Origin: Terrimicrobiaceae bacterium
GTDB taxonomy: Bacteria; Verrucomicrobiota; Verrucomicrobiia; Chthoniobacterales; Terrimicrobiaceae
Direction of reading: 5' to 3'
DNA length: 64,000 nucleotides
Assembly (NCBI GenBank): GCA_041752695.1
Contig: JBGSVZ010000012.1
Coordinates: 1-64,000, forward strand
Below the pieces are notes generated by a model. It searched no databases. It was not told the origin of the DNA and saw only the letters and a program-made list of their open reading frames with translations. Numbering within the stretch: position 1 is the stretch's first letter; every line of letters starts with the position of its first letter. The position numbers and the translations under genes are program-made. Positions 46,892 through 56,721 of the stretch are shown here, piece by piece.

Positions 46892-48703
46892 GTGAGTTCC
46901 CCATCCTCCTTGCCCGAGGCGCCGTCCGCCGACCCCGGCGGCACGCGCGCAGACCTGAGACCCGAACACATTCGCGACGCCGTGATCCGGCTGGCCGGAA
47001 ATTCCCAGGACGGCATCCAGTCCGCCGGGGCTTTCCTGGCCCGCCTCGCAGGGCGCAGTGCCCAGGATGTGATGACCTATATGACGATCCCGTCCACGAT
47101 TTCGGGCGGTCCGTCCATCTTCCAAGTCCGCATCGGCACGGGTCAGGTTCTCTCCGCGGGGGACGAGGCGGATTTTTTGGTCGCCTTCTATCAGCACAGT
47201 TACGACGACCACATTGAGTGCCTGCGGGAAGGCGGGGTGCTGCTTTACGACTCCGATCACGTCCAGCCCAATCTCGACGACAAACGTTTCGTTTATGTGG
47301 GTGTGCCCATCACCGGACTAACCGTTGAGGCCTTGGGCGGAACGGCAAAAGACAAGGGCAAAAACGTTTTCGTCCTTGGCCTCATTGCGAAGATTTTCCA
47401 CCTCGACGGAGACAAGCTAAAGAAGCTCATCACCGAGCGATTCGCCGGGAAGTCGAGCGACGTGGCAAACACCGCGCTGATGGCCTTTCAGGCGGGCTAT
47501 TCCTACCCGGTGGGCAACGTGCTCTCGCGGCTCTATCATTTCGAACCCGTCGAACCGGGAGCCCGGGCCCAGATCACGATGGACGGGAATCAGGCCATGG
47601 CCTACGGCCTGATCGCGGCGGGTGTGCGATACGGCGCGGGCTACCCGATCACCCCCTGGTCCTCGATCATGGAAATCCTGCGCAGCGAACTGCCAAAGTA
47701 TGGAGGACTTTTTGTGCAGTCGGAGGATGAGCTTGCCGCGGTCTCCACCGCGCTGGGATTTTCCTTTGCCGGACACCTCGCAGTGACGGGCAGTGCGGGG
47801 CCGGGCATCTCGCTCAAAACGGAAGCCATCGGATGGGCCTCCATGGCCGAGATGCCGCTGCTCGTCGTCAATGTCCAACGTGGCGGGCCCAGCACCGGAC
47901 TGCCGACCAATGTGGAACAAAGCGATTTGTATCAGGCGATTTTCGGGGGCCACGGAGACAGTCCCCGCGTGGTCCTCGCGGCGGCCACAGTGGAGGATTG
48001 TTTTTACATCGCGATCGAGGCGGCCCGCATTGCCCGCAAATACAGCACGCCGGTTTTCCTTCTCAGCGACACCTCGCTGGCCACACGCATCGAGGCCTTC
48101 GACGAGCCCGATCTTGCCGAGCTCATGCAGGATCCCGCGCCCGACCTGAGCGAACGCCAGGCCGACTTTAAGCCGTACGCCGTAGACGGCCTCACTCAGC
48201 ACGCACCACCGGGAAGCCGCATGGCGGGCGGAAAATATCCCGTGGTCACCGGACTCGAACACGACGAAATGGGGCACCCGACCGGCAGCCCGAAACTGCA
48301 CACGGCGATGACCGCCAAACGCCGCCGCAAACTCCAGGAACTGGCGGCCGAGATTCCCCTTCCCGAGGTGCACGGCGACTCCGAAGGCGAGATGCTCCTC
48401 ATCGGTTGGGGGTCCACTTATGGCCCCATTCATGAAGCCGTCACCCGGGGGCGCGAACTCGGAGAGAGCCTTTCCGCGATTCACCTGCGTCATGTGCATC
48501 CACTGCCGGACGGCCTCGAGCGTATTTTCGCCCGGTTCAAACGCATCCTCGTCGTCGAAATGAACGACGAGGGCCTCTATGGCTACGGCCAGCTCGCCAG
48601 CATTCTGCGCGCCCGCTACTGCGATCCGAAAATCCACAGCCTCACCAAGACCGACGGCCTGACTTACCGCGTCCGCGAAATTCTCGAAGGAGCCCTCAAA
48701 TGA
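46892..48703 (+). CDS. korA: 2-oxoacid:ferredoxin oxidoreductase alpha subunit (gamma-alpha fusion)
   Basis: GYPITP, EDELAA, QRGGPSTGLPT, GWGST. Start uncertain (GTG 46892). Confidence 0.93.
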   Translation: MSSPSSLPEAPSADPGGTRADLRPEHIRDAVIRLAGNSQDGIQSAGAFLARLAGRSAQDVMTYMTIPSTISGGPSIFQVRIGTGQVLSAGDEADFLVAFYQHSYDDHIECLREGGVLLYDSDHVQPNLDDKRFVYVGVPITGLTVEALGGTAKDKGKNVFVLGLIAKIFHLDGDKLKKLITERFAGKSSDVANTALMAFQAGYSYPVGNVLSRLYHFEPVEPGARAQITMDGNQAMAYGLIAAGVRYGAGYPITPWSSIMEILRSELPKYGGLFVQSEDELAAVSTALGFSFAGHLAVTGSAGPGISLKTEAIGWASMAEMPLLVVNVQRGGPSTGLPTNVEQSDLYQAIFGGHGDSPRVVLAAATVEDCFYIAIEAARIARKYSTPVFLLSDTSLATRIEAFDEPDLAELMQDPAPDLSERQADFKPYAVDGLTQHAPPGSRMAGGKYPVVTGLEHDEMGHPTGSPKLHTAMTAKRRRKLQELAAEIPLPEVHGDSEGEMLLIGWGSTYGPIHEAVTRGRELGESLSAIHLRHVHPLPDGLERIFARFKRILVVEMNDEGLYGYGQLASILRARYCDPKIHSLTKTDGLTYRVREILEGALK

Positions 48704-49632
48704 GCACACTCGCCCCCGCCCCAACCGACCGGGAGAAACTCACCAAAAAAGCCCTCACCGCCGATCATCCCACCTGGTGTCCCGGCTGCGGGGACTTCGC
48801 CGTGCTGGCCTCCTATTACAAGATGCTGGAGAAACGCCAGCTTCCCCATGAGAACATTGTCACCCTCGCGGGCATCGGGTGCTCCTCGCGTTTCCCGTAT
48901 TTCGTCAACAGCCACGGGGCGCATTTTATCCATGGCCGCGCCGTGCCGCTGGCCTCGGGGGTGAGCCTTTCGCGTCCGGACCTGCACGTGTTTCTCTTCG
49001 GGGGCGATGGGGACGGATTTTCCATCGGCGGCAACCACCTGGAACACGGGGCCCGCAAGAACATCAATCTGACCTATGTCATCATGGACAACTTCGTCTA
49101 TGGCCTGACGAAAAAGCAGACCTCGCCCACCTCGCCGATCGGGTTTAAATCGAAAACCGATCCCACCGGAGCCATTGACCAACCGGTGAATCCGATGAAA
49201 AAACTCATCTCCGCGGGCGCCACGTTCGTCGCCCGTTCGCACGCCACCCAGGTCAATCACATGATCGAAATGATGGAGCGGGCGATGGACCACCAGGGAT
49301 TTTCGGTGGTGGAAATTCTTTCCGAATGTGTGGAATTTTTCCCCGGTGTCTTTGACCCCGCCAACCCCCGCAAAGGGGGCGCGTTCACGGTGATCGAGGA
49401 GAAAAAATGGGACAACTCCGCCGAAGACGAATCGCGCCACGATGTGACCGACGAGCTCGCCGCCTACAAACTCGCCAACGAGCCGTTCCCGGGCCTTTTT
49501 GGGGTCTTCTACGATGTGGACCGTCCCACCAAAAACGCCCTCGAAAACAAATGGATCGCGGGTGCCCGCGTCAAGATCGGCGAGGCCTCCGACCGGGACA
49601 TTCTCCAACACACCTTCGACCGGATGAAGTGA
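48700..49632 (+). CDS. korB: 2-oxoacid:ferredoxin oxidoreductase beta subunit
   Basis: WCPGCGD, GIGCSSR, HGRA, GDGD TPP motif. Confidence 0.93.
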   Translation: MSTLAPAPTDREKLTKKALTADHPTWCPGCGDFAVLASYYKMLEKRQLPHENIVTLAGIGCSSRFPYFVNSHGAHFIHGRAVPLASGVSLSRPDLHVFLFGGDGDGFSIGGNHLEHGARKNINLTYVIMDNFVYGLTKKQTSPTSPIGFKSKTDPTGAIDQPVNPMKKLISAGATFVARSHATQVNHMIEMMERAMDHQGFSVVEILSECVEFFPGVFDPANPRKGGAFTVIEEKKWDNSAEDESRHDVTDELAAYKLANEPFPGLFGVFYDVDRPTKNALENKWIAGARVKIGEASDRDILQHTFDRMK

Positions 49633-49708
49633 TTCCCCGTGGTGGAAAACTTAGGTTTTCCCGGAACTCGGCAAACGCACGTTTGCCGCTACGGGTCCGA
49701 TCCGCGCG

Positions 49709-50458
49709 TCAGCTCTTTACCTTGGCGAGACGCTCGTTAACAAAGTCCCAATTTACCACATTCCACCAGGCGCTGATATAATCCGGCCGACGGTTTTGGT
49801 ATTTGAGATAATAAGAATGCTCCCAGACATCGAGACCGAGGAGAGGAAATTTGCCATCCATGATGGGAGCGTCCTGATTGGGGAGGGAAAGAATTTCCAT
49901 CTTGCCGCCGTCGATCACCAGCCAGGCCCAACCGCTGCCAAAGCGCTTCGTCGCAGCCTCGTTGAACTTTTTCTGAAACTCCTCGAACGATCCGAATTCC
50001 TTGTCGATGGCCTTGGCGATCTCCCCGGTGGGTTTGCCGCCACCTTTCGGGGACATCATTTGCCAAAAGAGGGTGTGGTTCACATCTCCGCCGACGTTAT
50101 TCCGCAGTCCGACGCGAATGGCTTCGGGGGCCTTGTCGAGATTTTTGACCAATTCCTCCGGCGACATTTTCGAAAGTTCGGGCTGATCCGCGAGGAGCTT
50201 GTTCGCGTTGTCGACATACGCCTTGTGGTGCTTGTCGTGGTGAATCTGCATCGTCCAGGTATCGATGTGTGGCTCGAGGGCGTCGTAGGCGTAGGGCAAT
50301 GGAGGGAGTTTATAGGGGCCGGTGGGGGCAGGTGCGGCGGGCGCGCCCTGGGCATATCCGCGGCTGAGAAAGGCCGTGCCAAAAACCGCCGCCGCCAGGG
50401 ACCCGACCCCCATGCGAAAGGCTTCACGACGCGAAAAGGAGGAGTGAGAAGTTTTCAT
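49709..50458 (-). CDS. sodA: Superoxide dismutase [Mn-type signature] with Tat signal peptide
   Basis: SRREAF twin-arginine leader; [30 protein letters not shown]. Confidence 0.92.
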   Translation of the reverse strand: MKTSHSSFSRREAFRMGVGSLAAAVFGTAFLSRGYAQGAPAAPAPTGPYKLPPLPYAYDALEPHIDTWTMQIHHDKHHKAYVDNANKLLADQPELSKMSPEELVKNLDKAPEAIRVGLRNNVGGDVNHTLFWQMMSPKGGGKPTGEIAKAIDKEFGSFEEFQKKFNEAATKRFGSGWAWLVIDGGKMEILSLPNQDAPIMDGKFPLLGLDVWEHSYYLKYQNRRPDYISAWWNVVNWDFVNERLAKVKS

Positions 50459-50502
50459 GATCGAAACAAAACGCTAAACCTCCATCGCCCGAAGGCAACC
50501 CC

Positions 50503-50901
50503 ATGCGCGTAAAAAAATCGCCCACCGCTTTTCAACTCCGCGTTTACGAGGCCGTCCGCCGCATTCCCAGTGGCAAGGTCGCCAGCTACGCGACCGTGGC
50601 CAGCGCCATCGACTGCCGGTCCGCGAGAGTGATCGGTCAGGCGTTGCGGATGTGTGAAGACGATTCCGTCCCCTGCCACCGCGTGGTAGCCGCGGATCTC
50701 ACCATCGGGGGATTTGGCGGAAAAAACTCTGGAGCACAGGTGAAGCGGAAACGCGCCTTGCTCGAAGCGGAGGGTGTGCTTTTCGACCGCAGCGGACAGA
50801 TCGACCCGGCCTGCGCCATTCGGGATTCCCCGGCGGCACGATGGCTGGGGAAACAGACACGACGTTGGAGTCCAGTCCCGCGAGGGCGGGACTGTTCCTG
50901 A
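50503..50901 (+). CDS. O6-alkylguanine DNA alkyltransferase (MGMT family, single domain)
   Basis: IPSGKVASY, ARVIG, PCHRV with the acceptor Cys, LLEAEG. Confidence 0.85.
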   Translation: MRVKKSPTAFQLRVYEAVRRIPSGKVASYATVASAIDCRSARVIGQALRMCEDDSVPCHRVVAADLTIGGFGGKNSGAQVKRKRALLEAEGVLFDRSGQIDPACAIRDSPAARWLGKQTRRWSPVPRGRDCS

Positions 50902-50929
50902 AGGCGCACGCTAAAGCGTGAACTCCAAC
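50864..50929. repeat. GGAG-type REP-like inverted doublet (GTTGGAGTYCA…)
   Basis: GTTGGAGTCCAGTCCCGCGAGGGCGGGACTG and CACGCTAAAGCGTGAACTCCAAC; same family at 55778, 58882 and 60258. Confidence 0.75.
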
Positions 50930-50986
50930 GGGTACACCAAAAAAAATACGCGCCGTCCGTGTCCCCCTTGTGGTTAGGTTGACTCT

Positions 50987-53155
50987 GTGAAATTCACCGA
51001 CAACCAACAACTCTTCGGATTCGACGGGACCACGGGCATTGTCGCCGTCGAGTTCACCGAGGCCAACATGGCGCAGGTGTTTGTCCGCATGCCGGACGGC
51101 TCAACCACCACGTTCGACGAGCCATTCCAGCCCTTCCTCTGGAACACCTCCGAGGGAGAGCCCCTCGCGGGAGGGCTGCCACTTTCCCACCTGCTTCAAC
51201 TTTCCGACTGGGACGCCCTGCAGGCCGCCAAATCCGGGCTGCAAGCCAGCGGCCCGGTTTTCGTTTTCAACGATCCCGTGCAGCAATACCTGACCGCCTC
51301 GGGCCGCACGCTCTTCAAGGGCATGACCTTCGAAAATCTGCGCCGTCTGCAGCTCGATATCGAAACGGCCTCCACCGAGGGCTTCGAATTTTCCAGCGCG
51401 GAACGCGATCCCGTCACCGCCATTGCGCTGAGCGACAGTTCCGGATGGGAGGAGATTTTTGTCGTGGAACCCGCCTCCGTCGAATCCGAACGGGCCGCGC
51501 TGGAATGGCTCACGACCACCATTCGGGAACGCGACCCGGATGTCCTTGAAGGGCACAACGTTTTTAAGTTCGACCTCCCCTACCTCTCCGCCCGCGCAAA
51601 AAAACTGAAGGTCCGCCTCGCCTGGGGCCGCGACGAGACGCTGCTCAAGTCCCGTCCCTCCCGCCTCCAGATCGCGGAGAAAACCATTCAATATCCCAAG
51701 TTCGTGATCCGCGGCCGACACATCGTGGACACCTGGCTGCTCGCGCAATATTACGACGTCGGGTCCCGCGAACTGGAGAGTTTCGGACTCAAGAGTGTGG
51801 CTCGGCATTTTGGGGTTTCCGAATCCGGCCGCGTGCTTTTGGAGGGCGCCGACATCCACCGGGCCTACCGCGAGGACGAAGCGGCCTTCCGCACCTATGC
51901 TTTGCAGGACGTGCGCGAAACCCGGGCCGTTGCGGCCATTCTCAGCCGCAGTTATTTTATCCAGGCGCAGATTTTTCCTTACGGGTATCAGGATGTGATC
52001 ATTCGCGGAAATGCCACAAAGATTGAAGCCCTCTTTTTGCGGGAATACCTCCGCCGCGGACACTCCCTGCCGGAAACACCGGAGCCCCGGCCCTTCGAAG
52101 GCGGCTACACCGACATCTTCGAAACAGGCGTGATCGCGGACGTCTGGCACTGCGACGTGACCTCGCTTTACCCCTCGGTGATGCTGAGTTTTGACTATTT
52201 CCCGCAGAGCGACGCCCTTGGCGTGTTCCGCGGTTTGCTGCAGGACTTGAAAACCTTCCGGCTCAGCGCAAAATCCGCCCTTCGCGCCGCGCAAGACCCC
52301 GCCGAACGCAGCCGCCTCGACGCGCTGCAAAGCACGTTCAAAATCCTCATCAATTCCTTCTACGGATACCTGGGATTTGGCCAGGGCCACTTCGCCGACT
52401 TCGACGCGGCGGAGAGCGTCACCGCCAAGGGCCGCGAGATCCTGCGTCAGATGGTTGCATGGCTAAGTGACCAAGGCGCACGCGTGATCGAGATCGATAC
52501 GGACGGCATTTATTTTCACCCGCCCTCCGGCGTTTCCGCCGAAACCTTGCAAGCCGGCCTCGCCGCCGAACTCCCCGAGGGCATTGAGGTGGAATTCGAC
52601 AAACGCTATCGCGCCATGTTCAGCTACAAAGCCAAGAACTACGCCCTCCTGGAGGAGTCCGGCACCGTTTCCATCAAAGGCGCGGCCCTCAAGTCCCGCG
52701 GCATGGAACCTTTCCTGCGCGATTATCTGGAAAGCTTTCTCCGTCTCCTCCTCGAAGGCCGGGGTTCGGAAGTGGCCACGCTGCGGGAAGAGATCGCGGA
52801 AAAAATCCGCCGCCACGAACTTCCCATCACCGCCCTCGCCAAAACCGAGTCCCTCCAGGACTCCCTCACGAACTACCAAAAGAAAATCGGCACCTCATCC
52901 CGCAATCGCTCCGCCGCCTTCGAGCTCGCGATCAAGAGCGGTCGCAATTACCAGGCCGGCGACCAGGTCAGTTATTACGTCACCGGCACGAAGAAAAAGG
53001 TCACCGCCTACGAAAACGCCCGCCTCGCTACGGAATGGGACGCCACCGCCCGCGACGAAAACGTCGAATATTACGTCGGCAAACTCGACGAGCTGGCGAA
53101 AAAATTCGAAGGCTTCGGCGCCGCTCCCGGTGGTCAGCAGGATCTTTTCGCGTAG
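50987..53155 (+). CDS. polB: Family B DNA polymerase (Pol II-like) with 3'-5' exonuclease
   Basis: Exo LDIET / GHN..FD / YALQD; Pol DVTSLYPS, KILINSFYG, DTDG. Confidence 0.92.
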   Translation: MKFTDNQQLFGFDGTTGIVAVEFTEANMAQVFVRMPDGSTTTFDEPFQPFLWNTSEGEPLAGGLPLSHLLQLSDWDALQAAKSGLQASGPVFVFNDPVQQYLTASGRTLFKGMTFENLRRLQLDIETASTEGFEFSSAERDPVTAIALSDSSGWEEIFVVEPASVESERAALEWLTTTIRERDPDVLEGHNVFKFDLPYLSARAKKLKVRLAWGRDETLLKSRPSRLQIAEKTIQYPKFVIRGRHIVDTWLLAQYYDVGSRELESFGLKSVARHFGVSESGRVLLEGADIHRAYREDEAAFRTYALQDVRETRAVAAILSRSYFIQAQIFPYGYQDVIIRGNATKIEALFLREYLRRGHSLPETPEPRPFEGGYTDIFETGVIADVWHCDVTSLYPSVMLSFDYFPQSDALGVFRGLLQDLKTFRLSAKSALRAAQDPAERSRLDALQSTFKILINSFYGYLGFGQGHFADFDAAESVTAKGREILRQMVAWLSDQGARVIEIDTDGIYFHPPSGVSAETLQAGLAAELPEGIEVEFDKRYRAMFSYKAKNYALLEESGTVSIKGAALKSRGMEPFLRDYLESFLRLLLEGRGSEVATLREEIAEKIRRHELPITALAKTESLQDSLTNYQKKIGTSSRNRSAAFELAIKSGRNYQAGDQVSYYVTGTKKKVTAYENARLATEWDATARDENVEYYVGKLDELAKKFEGFGAAPGGQQDLFA

Positions 53156-53168
53156 AGCGTGCCAATCC

Positions 53169-53285
53169 TGGAGGGTGCCGCGTTGCCGATAAAGAATCGC
53201 CCTCCGGGCCTTGCTGCGCAAGGGCTAACTCCACGTGCGCTCCGGTTCTCGGCACTCCGGGGATGCGAGGGCCCGCATCCCTCCA
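53169..53285. repeat. GGAG-type REP-like palindromes between convergent polB and TIGR01777 gene
   Basis: TGGAGGGTGCCG… and GGGATGCGAGGGCCCGCATCCCTCCA. Confidence 0.5.
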
Positions 53286-53287
53286 TG

Positions 53288-54223
53288 TTAGAGAAAAGCC
53301 GGAGGTTGTCCCTTCACAAGTTCCCGGACCGCGCCCTCGATTTCGGGAAACCGAAACACGTACCCCGAATCCAGCAGCCGCCCCGGCACCACACGGCGGC
53401 TTTTCAGAATCAGCTCCGTCTCCGTTCCCATCGCCCAGGCACCGACCTCCAGCATCAGGCGCGTGGCCGGCAGGCCGACGGGCATGCGATACGCCCGGCG
53501 CAAAACCGCCATCAACTTGCGATTCGGAACCGGCTCCGGAGCGCAGACATTGATTGGACCCACCAGGTTTTCGTGCTCAACCAGCCAATCGACGATCCCG
53601 CAAAAATCGGCCTCGTGCAGCCAACTCACGTATTGCCGTCCTGAGCCCATTTTCCCGCCAAGTCCCAACCGGACCAGCCTCGACAAAACCTGAAACACAC
53701 TTCCGGGATCCCGTCCCAGCACCATGGCCGAACGCAGAGCCACTTTTCGCGTTTGCGGAGCCAGCACTTTGAACAGCTCGACCTCCCAGTTCTGACAGAC
53801 CTCGACCGAAAAGCCTGAGCCAATTTCCCCGCCGACCTCGGTCATGTCCTTCTCCTCCGCATGACGGTAAATCGTCGCCGAACTGGAATTGATCCAGAGC
53901 GGCGGCGGACGCCGGCAGGCCGCAATCGCCTCGCCCAATGCGCGGGTCGAATCGAGGCGCGAAGCAAATATCTCCCGCCGATTTTCCGGGGTGTATCGGC
54001 AATTGACGCTGCGCCCGCAGAGATTGACCACCAGATCGCACCCCTCCAGTTCCGCCGCCCAGGCTCCCACAGTCCGGCCATCCCAAGGCACAAGTCGCAG
54101 GCCGGCAATGGCCGAACCTGCACCCCGGGTCAACACCACAACCTCGCAGCCCTTGCGCAGAAAATGCCGCGCCAGGACCCTTCCCAAAAACCCCGTTCCG
54201 CCCGGTAGAAGAACCTTCTTCAT
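53288..54223 (-). CDS. TIGR01777-family NAD-dependent epimerase (YfcH-like, DUF1731)
   Basis: GGTGFLG, VNLCGRSVNCRY, SSATIY, GLGGKMGSGRQYVSW. Confidence 0.88.
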   Translation of the reverse strand: MKKVLLPGGTGFLGRVLARHFLRKGCEVVVLTRGAGSAIAGLRLVPWDGRTVGAWAAELEGCDLVVNLCGRSVNCRYTPENRREIFASRLDSTRALGEAIAACRRPPPLWINSSSATIYRHAEEKDMTEVGGEIGSGFSVEVCQNWEVELFKVLAPQTRKVALRSAMVLGRDPGSVFQVLSRLVRLGLGGKMGSGRQYVSWLHEADFCGIVDWLVEHENLVGPINVCAPEPVPNRKLMAVLRRAYRMPVGLPATRLMLEVGAWAMGTETELILKSRRVVPGRLLDSGYVFRFPEIEGAVRELVKGQPPAFL

Positions 54224-54669
54224 GACTCCCTCCTCGCCAACTGACACGCCTCACCCACTGCCGTAGCCCCGCTCAATGTCACAACCTGCGAGCGAATATC
54301 GTCATCCGACCCCAGACGGAAGATCCGCGAAAGCCTGTGCCGGTTTCGCGAAACCACCCGGCAAAGTTTTTCCGCATAAGGCAACAGCGCCGGCCTCGCC
54401 AGCCGGAGCGACCACTCGCGATACCGCACGGTCGCCCAGAGGCACATCACCCACGCTCCCCCACCCCGGTAAAGTCCCCCTTCATCCGAAAGCGCCAGAA
54501 TCTCCCGCTCCGGATGCCAGTCCGTGATCTTCGGGAAAAGGAGGGCGGCATGGCGCGAGTCGTAAGGTACAAAATGCAGCGCGACAAACTTCGGTTCCCG
54601 CTCCAGCCAGCCTTTCACCGTCCGGCACATCCCGCACCGCGCATCATAAAACACCGTAATCGCTTTCAT
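54220..54669 (-). CDS. DCC1-like thiol-disulfide oxidoreductase (DUF393)
   Basis: FYDARCGMC (DxxCxxC). Confidence 0.85.
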   Translation of the reverse strand: MKAITVFYDARCGMCRTVKGWLEREPKFVALHFVPYDSRHAALLFPKITDWHPEREILALSDEGGLYRGGGAWVMCLWATVRYREWSLRLARPALLPYAEKLCRVVSRNRHRLSRIFRLGSDDDIRSQVVTLSGATAVGEACQLARRES

Positions 54670-54680
54670 CGTTCATCAAG

Positions 54681-54708
54681 GTAGGGAGCGTTGTCCCCAA
54701 CGCTCCCT
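54681..54708. repeat. GTAG-type REP-like hairpin
   Basis: GTAGGGAGCGTTG-TCCC-CAACGCTCCCT. Confidence 0.6.
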
Positions 54709-54722
54709 CGACTTGGTTCGTC

Positions 54723-55112
54723 TCACGCCACATGCGCGGTGGGAGGCAGGGGCGGCGGGGTTTGTTCAAGCAAGGCCCGGCGGCGCACTTTGCTGAAAAC
54801 CAGCAGGTTGAAAAAGTGCATGCCGCCCAGCACGAGCAACACCACGCCCACCTTGCCGCTCAGGGCTTCAAAGACGCCTTGCGGCGCTTCAATCGTGATG
54901 CCCAGTTTCAGGAAAAGCGCGATGAACCCGACGTTGACGAGATAAAATCCCACCACCAGCAGGTGATTCACGCTATCGGCCAGCGGCTCGTTCTGATGGA
55001 AACAATCCACCAGAAAAATCCGCCCGTTCTTCGACAGGGTTCGCGCGACCCAGATGGTCAGGCCAATGCTGATGACAAGATACAGACTGTAAGTGAGGAC
55101 GATGTAGTTCAT
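54723..55112 (-). CDS. Conserved small integral membrane protein (3 TM)
   Basis: LSKNGRIFL, ADSVNHLLVVGFYL, LGGMHFFN. Confidence 0.8.
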   Translation of the reverse strand: MNYIVLTYSLYLVISIGLTIWVARTLSKNGRIFLVDCFHQNEPLADSVNHLLVVGFYLVNVGFIALFLKLGITIEAPQGVFEALSGKVGVVLLVLGGMHFFNLLVFSKVRRRALLEQTPPPLPPTAHVA

Positions 55113-55132
55113 GGTTATTTATGTTTTTGGAT

Positions 55133-55150
55133 TTTCAGGAAAATTTGAAA
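55133..55150. promoter_or_regulatory. Putative GbsR operator 2, TTTCA-N8-TGAAA
   Basis: TTTCAGGAAAATTTGAAA upstream of the membrane-protein gene; matches the site at 55699. Confidence 0.55.
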
Positions 55151-55168
55151 GATAGGGGCAAAAAGAAT

Positions 55169-55696
55169 TCACTCCAGAAAGCGGGCGGCCGTTTTCATGA
55201 TGCGGCTTTTCTCCGTGGATGAGATGGTTTCCAACACCCGTTCGCCGAGTTTGAGAAAATCGAGCAGGCTGTTCATCTGCTGGTGAAAGTCCCTGGCCTC
55301 CGCCGTCTTCAGCCCCTTGGTCTCTTCGCCGCATTTTTTCAAGACGGCCATGGCGGGCGAAATCTCCCGGCGTTTCCGTTCGCGGGCGATGATGCAAAAC
55401 ATCTTCCAGACATCCTTCTCCGCCTCAAAATACTCCTTCCGCTCGCCCTTGCGCAAAATCGTCCGGATGAGCCCCCAGCCCACCAGATCCCGCAGGTTGG
55501 TGTTGGCGTTGCCCCGACTGATCCGCAGGTCCTCCATGATCTCATCGGTGGTGAGCGGCCGCGGACTCGTCATGAGCAGCGCATGAATCTGCGCCATCGT
55601 CCGGTTGATCCCCCACGCATTCCCGATCGATCCCCACTGCGAAACAAAATCTTCCCGCGCTTTCAGGAGCAGATCGGTGTCATTCGCAGTTTCCAT
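55169..55696 (-). CDS. GbsR/MarR-family transcriptional regulator
   Basis: WGINRTMAQIHALL, ISRGNAN, GERKEYF. Confidence 0.9.
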   Translation of the reverse strand: METANDTDLLLKAREDFVSQWGSIGNAWGINRTMAQIHALLMTSPRPLTTDEIMEDLRISRGNANTNLRDLVGWGLIRTILRKGERKEYFEAEKDVWKMFCIIARERKRREISPAMAVLKKCGEETKGLKTAEARDFHQQMNSLLDFLKLGERVLETISSTEKSRIMKTAARFLE

Positions 55697-55698
55697 AG

Positions 55699-55716
55699 TT
55701 TCAGTATTTACTGAAA
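55699..55716. promoter_or_regulatory. Putative GbsR autoregulatory operator TTTCAGTATTTACTGAAA
   Basis: Palindrome with 8-bp arms abutting the regulator start codon. Confidence 0.7.
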
Positions 55717-55777
55717 GTTCGTTACAGGCAAGGAAAATTTTCCTCTTCCACGCATCGCACCTCCGCGAAAGGGCAAT

Positions 55778-55800
55778 GTTGGAGTCCAGCCTTTAGGCTG
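55778..55800. repeat. GGAG-type REP-like element
   Basis: GTTGGAGTCCAGCCTTTAGGCTG. Confidence 0.65.
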
Positions 55801-55945
55801 CGGCGCAAAACCGTCTTTGGCGGAGAACATGGCAAAACGGTTCACGTAAGGGCGTGCCTGGTGCGCGACCTTCCGGGTGGGACAAAGGCGCGAGCCAACC
55901 CCCCTAGGAACGCCGAAGGCGTTTTTTTCGCCCGATCCCGCTCCC

Positions 55946-55976
55946 TTGACTTCCGCCCATAAATATGGCCATATTT
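55946..55976 (+). promoter_or_regulatory. vapB promoter/operator: TTGACT -35 and palindrome AAATATGGCCATATTT over the -10 region
   Basis: Perfect 16-bp palindrome 4 bp upstream of the ATG; probable leaderless transcript. Confidence 0.6.
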
Positions 55977-55980
55977 TTTC

Positions 55981-56232
55981 ATGAAAACGACGGTGGAGAT
56001 CCCGGACGCCCTGCACCGGCGCGCAAAGTCTTACGCCGCGCAACAGGGTACCACCTTCAAGAAGCTGCTCATTGCCTCTCTGCAATCCTCCCTGCAATCC
56101 GCAAGCACGCCCGTTCCTGCCGCCTCTCATTCCGAAGTGGATTCCGAAGGCTGGCCCGTTCTGAAACGGACCACCCGGAAAAAAGTGCCGGACTCTGTGA
56201 TCCGCGGCCTCCGCGAAGAGGAAGGCGTGTGA
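55981..56232 (+). CDS. vapB: Antitoxin, ribbon-helix-helix VapB-like
   Basis: MKTTVEIPDAL..RAK..AA RHH; directly upstream of the PIN gene. Confidence 0.82.
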   Translation: MKTTVEIPDALHRRAKSYAAQQGTTFKKLLIASLQSSLQSASTPVPAASHSEVDSEGWPVLKRTTRKKVPDSVIRGLREEEGV

Positions 56233-56233
56233 G

Positions 56234-56671
56234 GTGGCCTGGCTACTCGACATCAACGTTCTGATTGCCCGGGTTGATCCCAACCATGAATTTCACGCCA
56301 GGGTCCGGACCTGGCTGAAACCCCGGAGCCTCCAGGGCATTGTCACCTGTCCGCTCACGGAAAACGGCTTCCTGCGTATCTATGGCCACCCAAAATATCC
56401 GGGTGGCCCGGGTTCACCCGGACAGGCCCGGCTCGACCTGCAAACCATCCGCGCCCTGCCCCATCATGAATTCGTGGGCGACACGCTCTCCATCGCCGAC
56501 ACGACTCTTTTTCCCTCGCTCCAAGGTGCCTCTTCGAAAGGCCTTACGGACCTCTACCTTCTCGCCCTCGCGGCGGCCCACGGACTCCAGTTCGCCACCT
56601 TCGATCAGGACATCCACGCCGAACTGGTGGAGGGCGGACGGAAGGCCTTGGAGGTAATCGCCACAAAATAA
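56234..56671 (+). CDS. vapC: PIN-domain VapC toxin
   Basis: LLDINVLIA, TENGFLRI, TDLYLLALA, ATFD. Confidence 0.88.
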   Translation: MAWLLDINVLIARVDPNHEFHARVRTWLKPRSLQGIVTCPLTENGFLRIYGHPKYPGGPGSPGQARLDLQTIRALPHHEFVGDTLSIADTTLFPSLQGASSKGLTDLYLLALAAAHGLQFATFDQDIHAELVEGGRKALEVIATK

Positions 56672-56721
56672 GAGACCCTCAGGCCAAACCCTGTTCTTCC
56701 CCGCCTTCATTGCGGCACGAC

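Noticed and set aside
46875..46895. Six-codon uORF (MNEKPP) overlapping the korA GTG
   Set aside because: Could be chance. The ATG falls within the likely -10 region of TTGACA-N17-TATGAA, so it is probably not transcribed.
50987..53155. Phage, plasmid or casposon-type polB marking a mobile element
   Set aside because: No terminal repeats, integrase, cas1 or phage genes; composition matches the host and neighbours are housekeeping.
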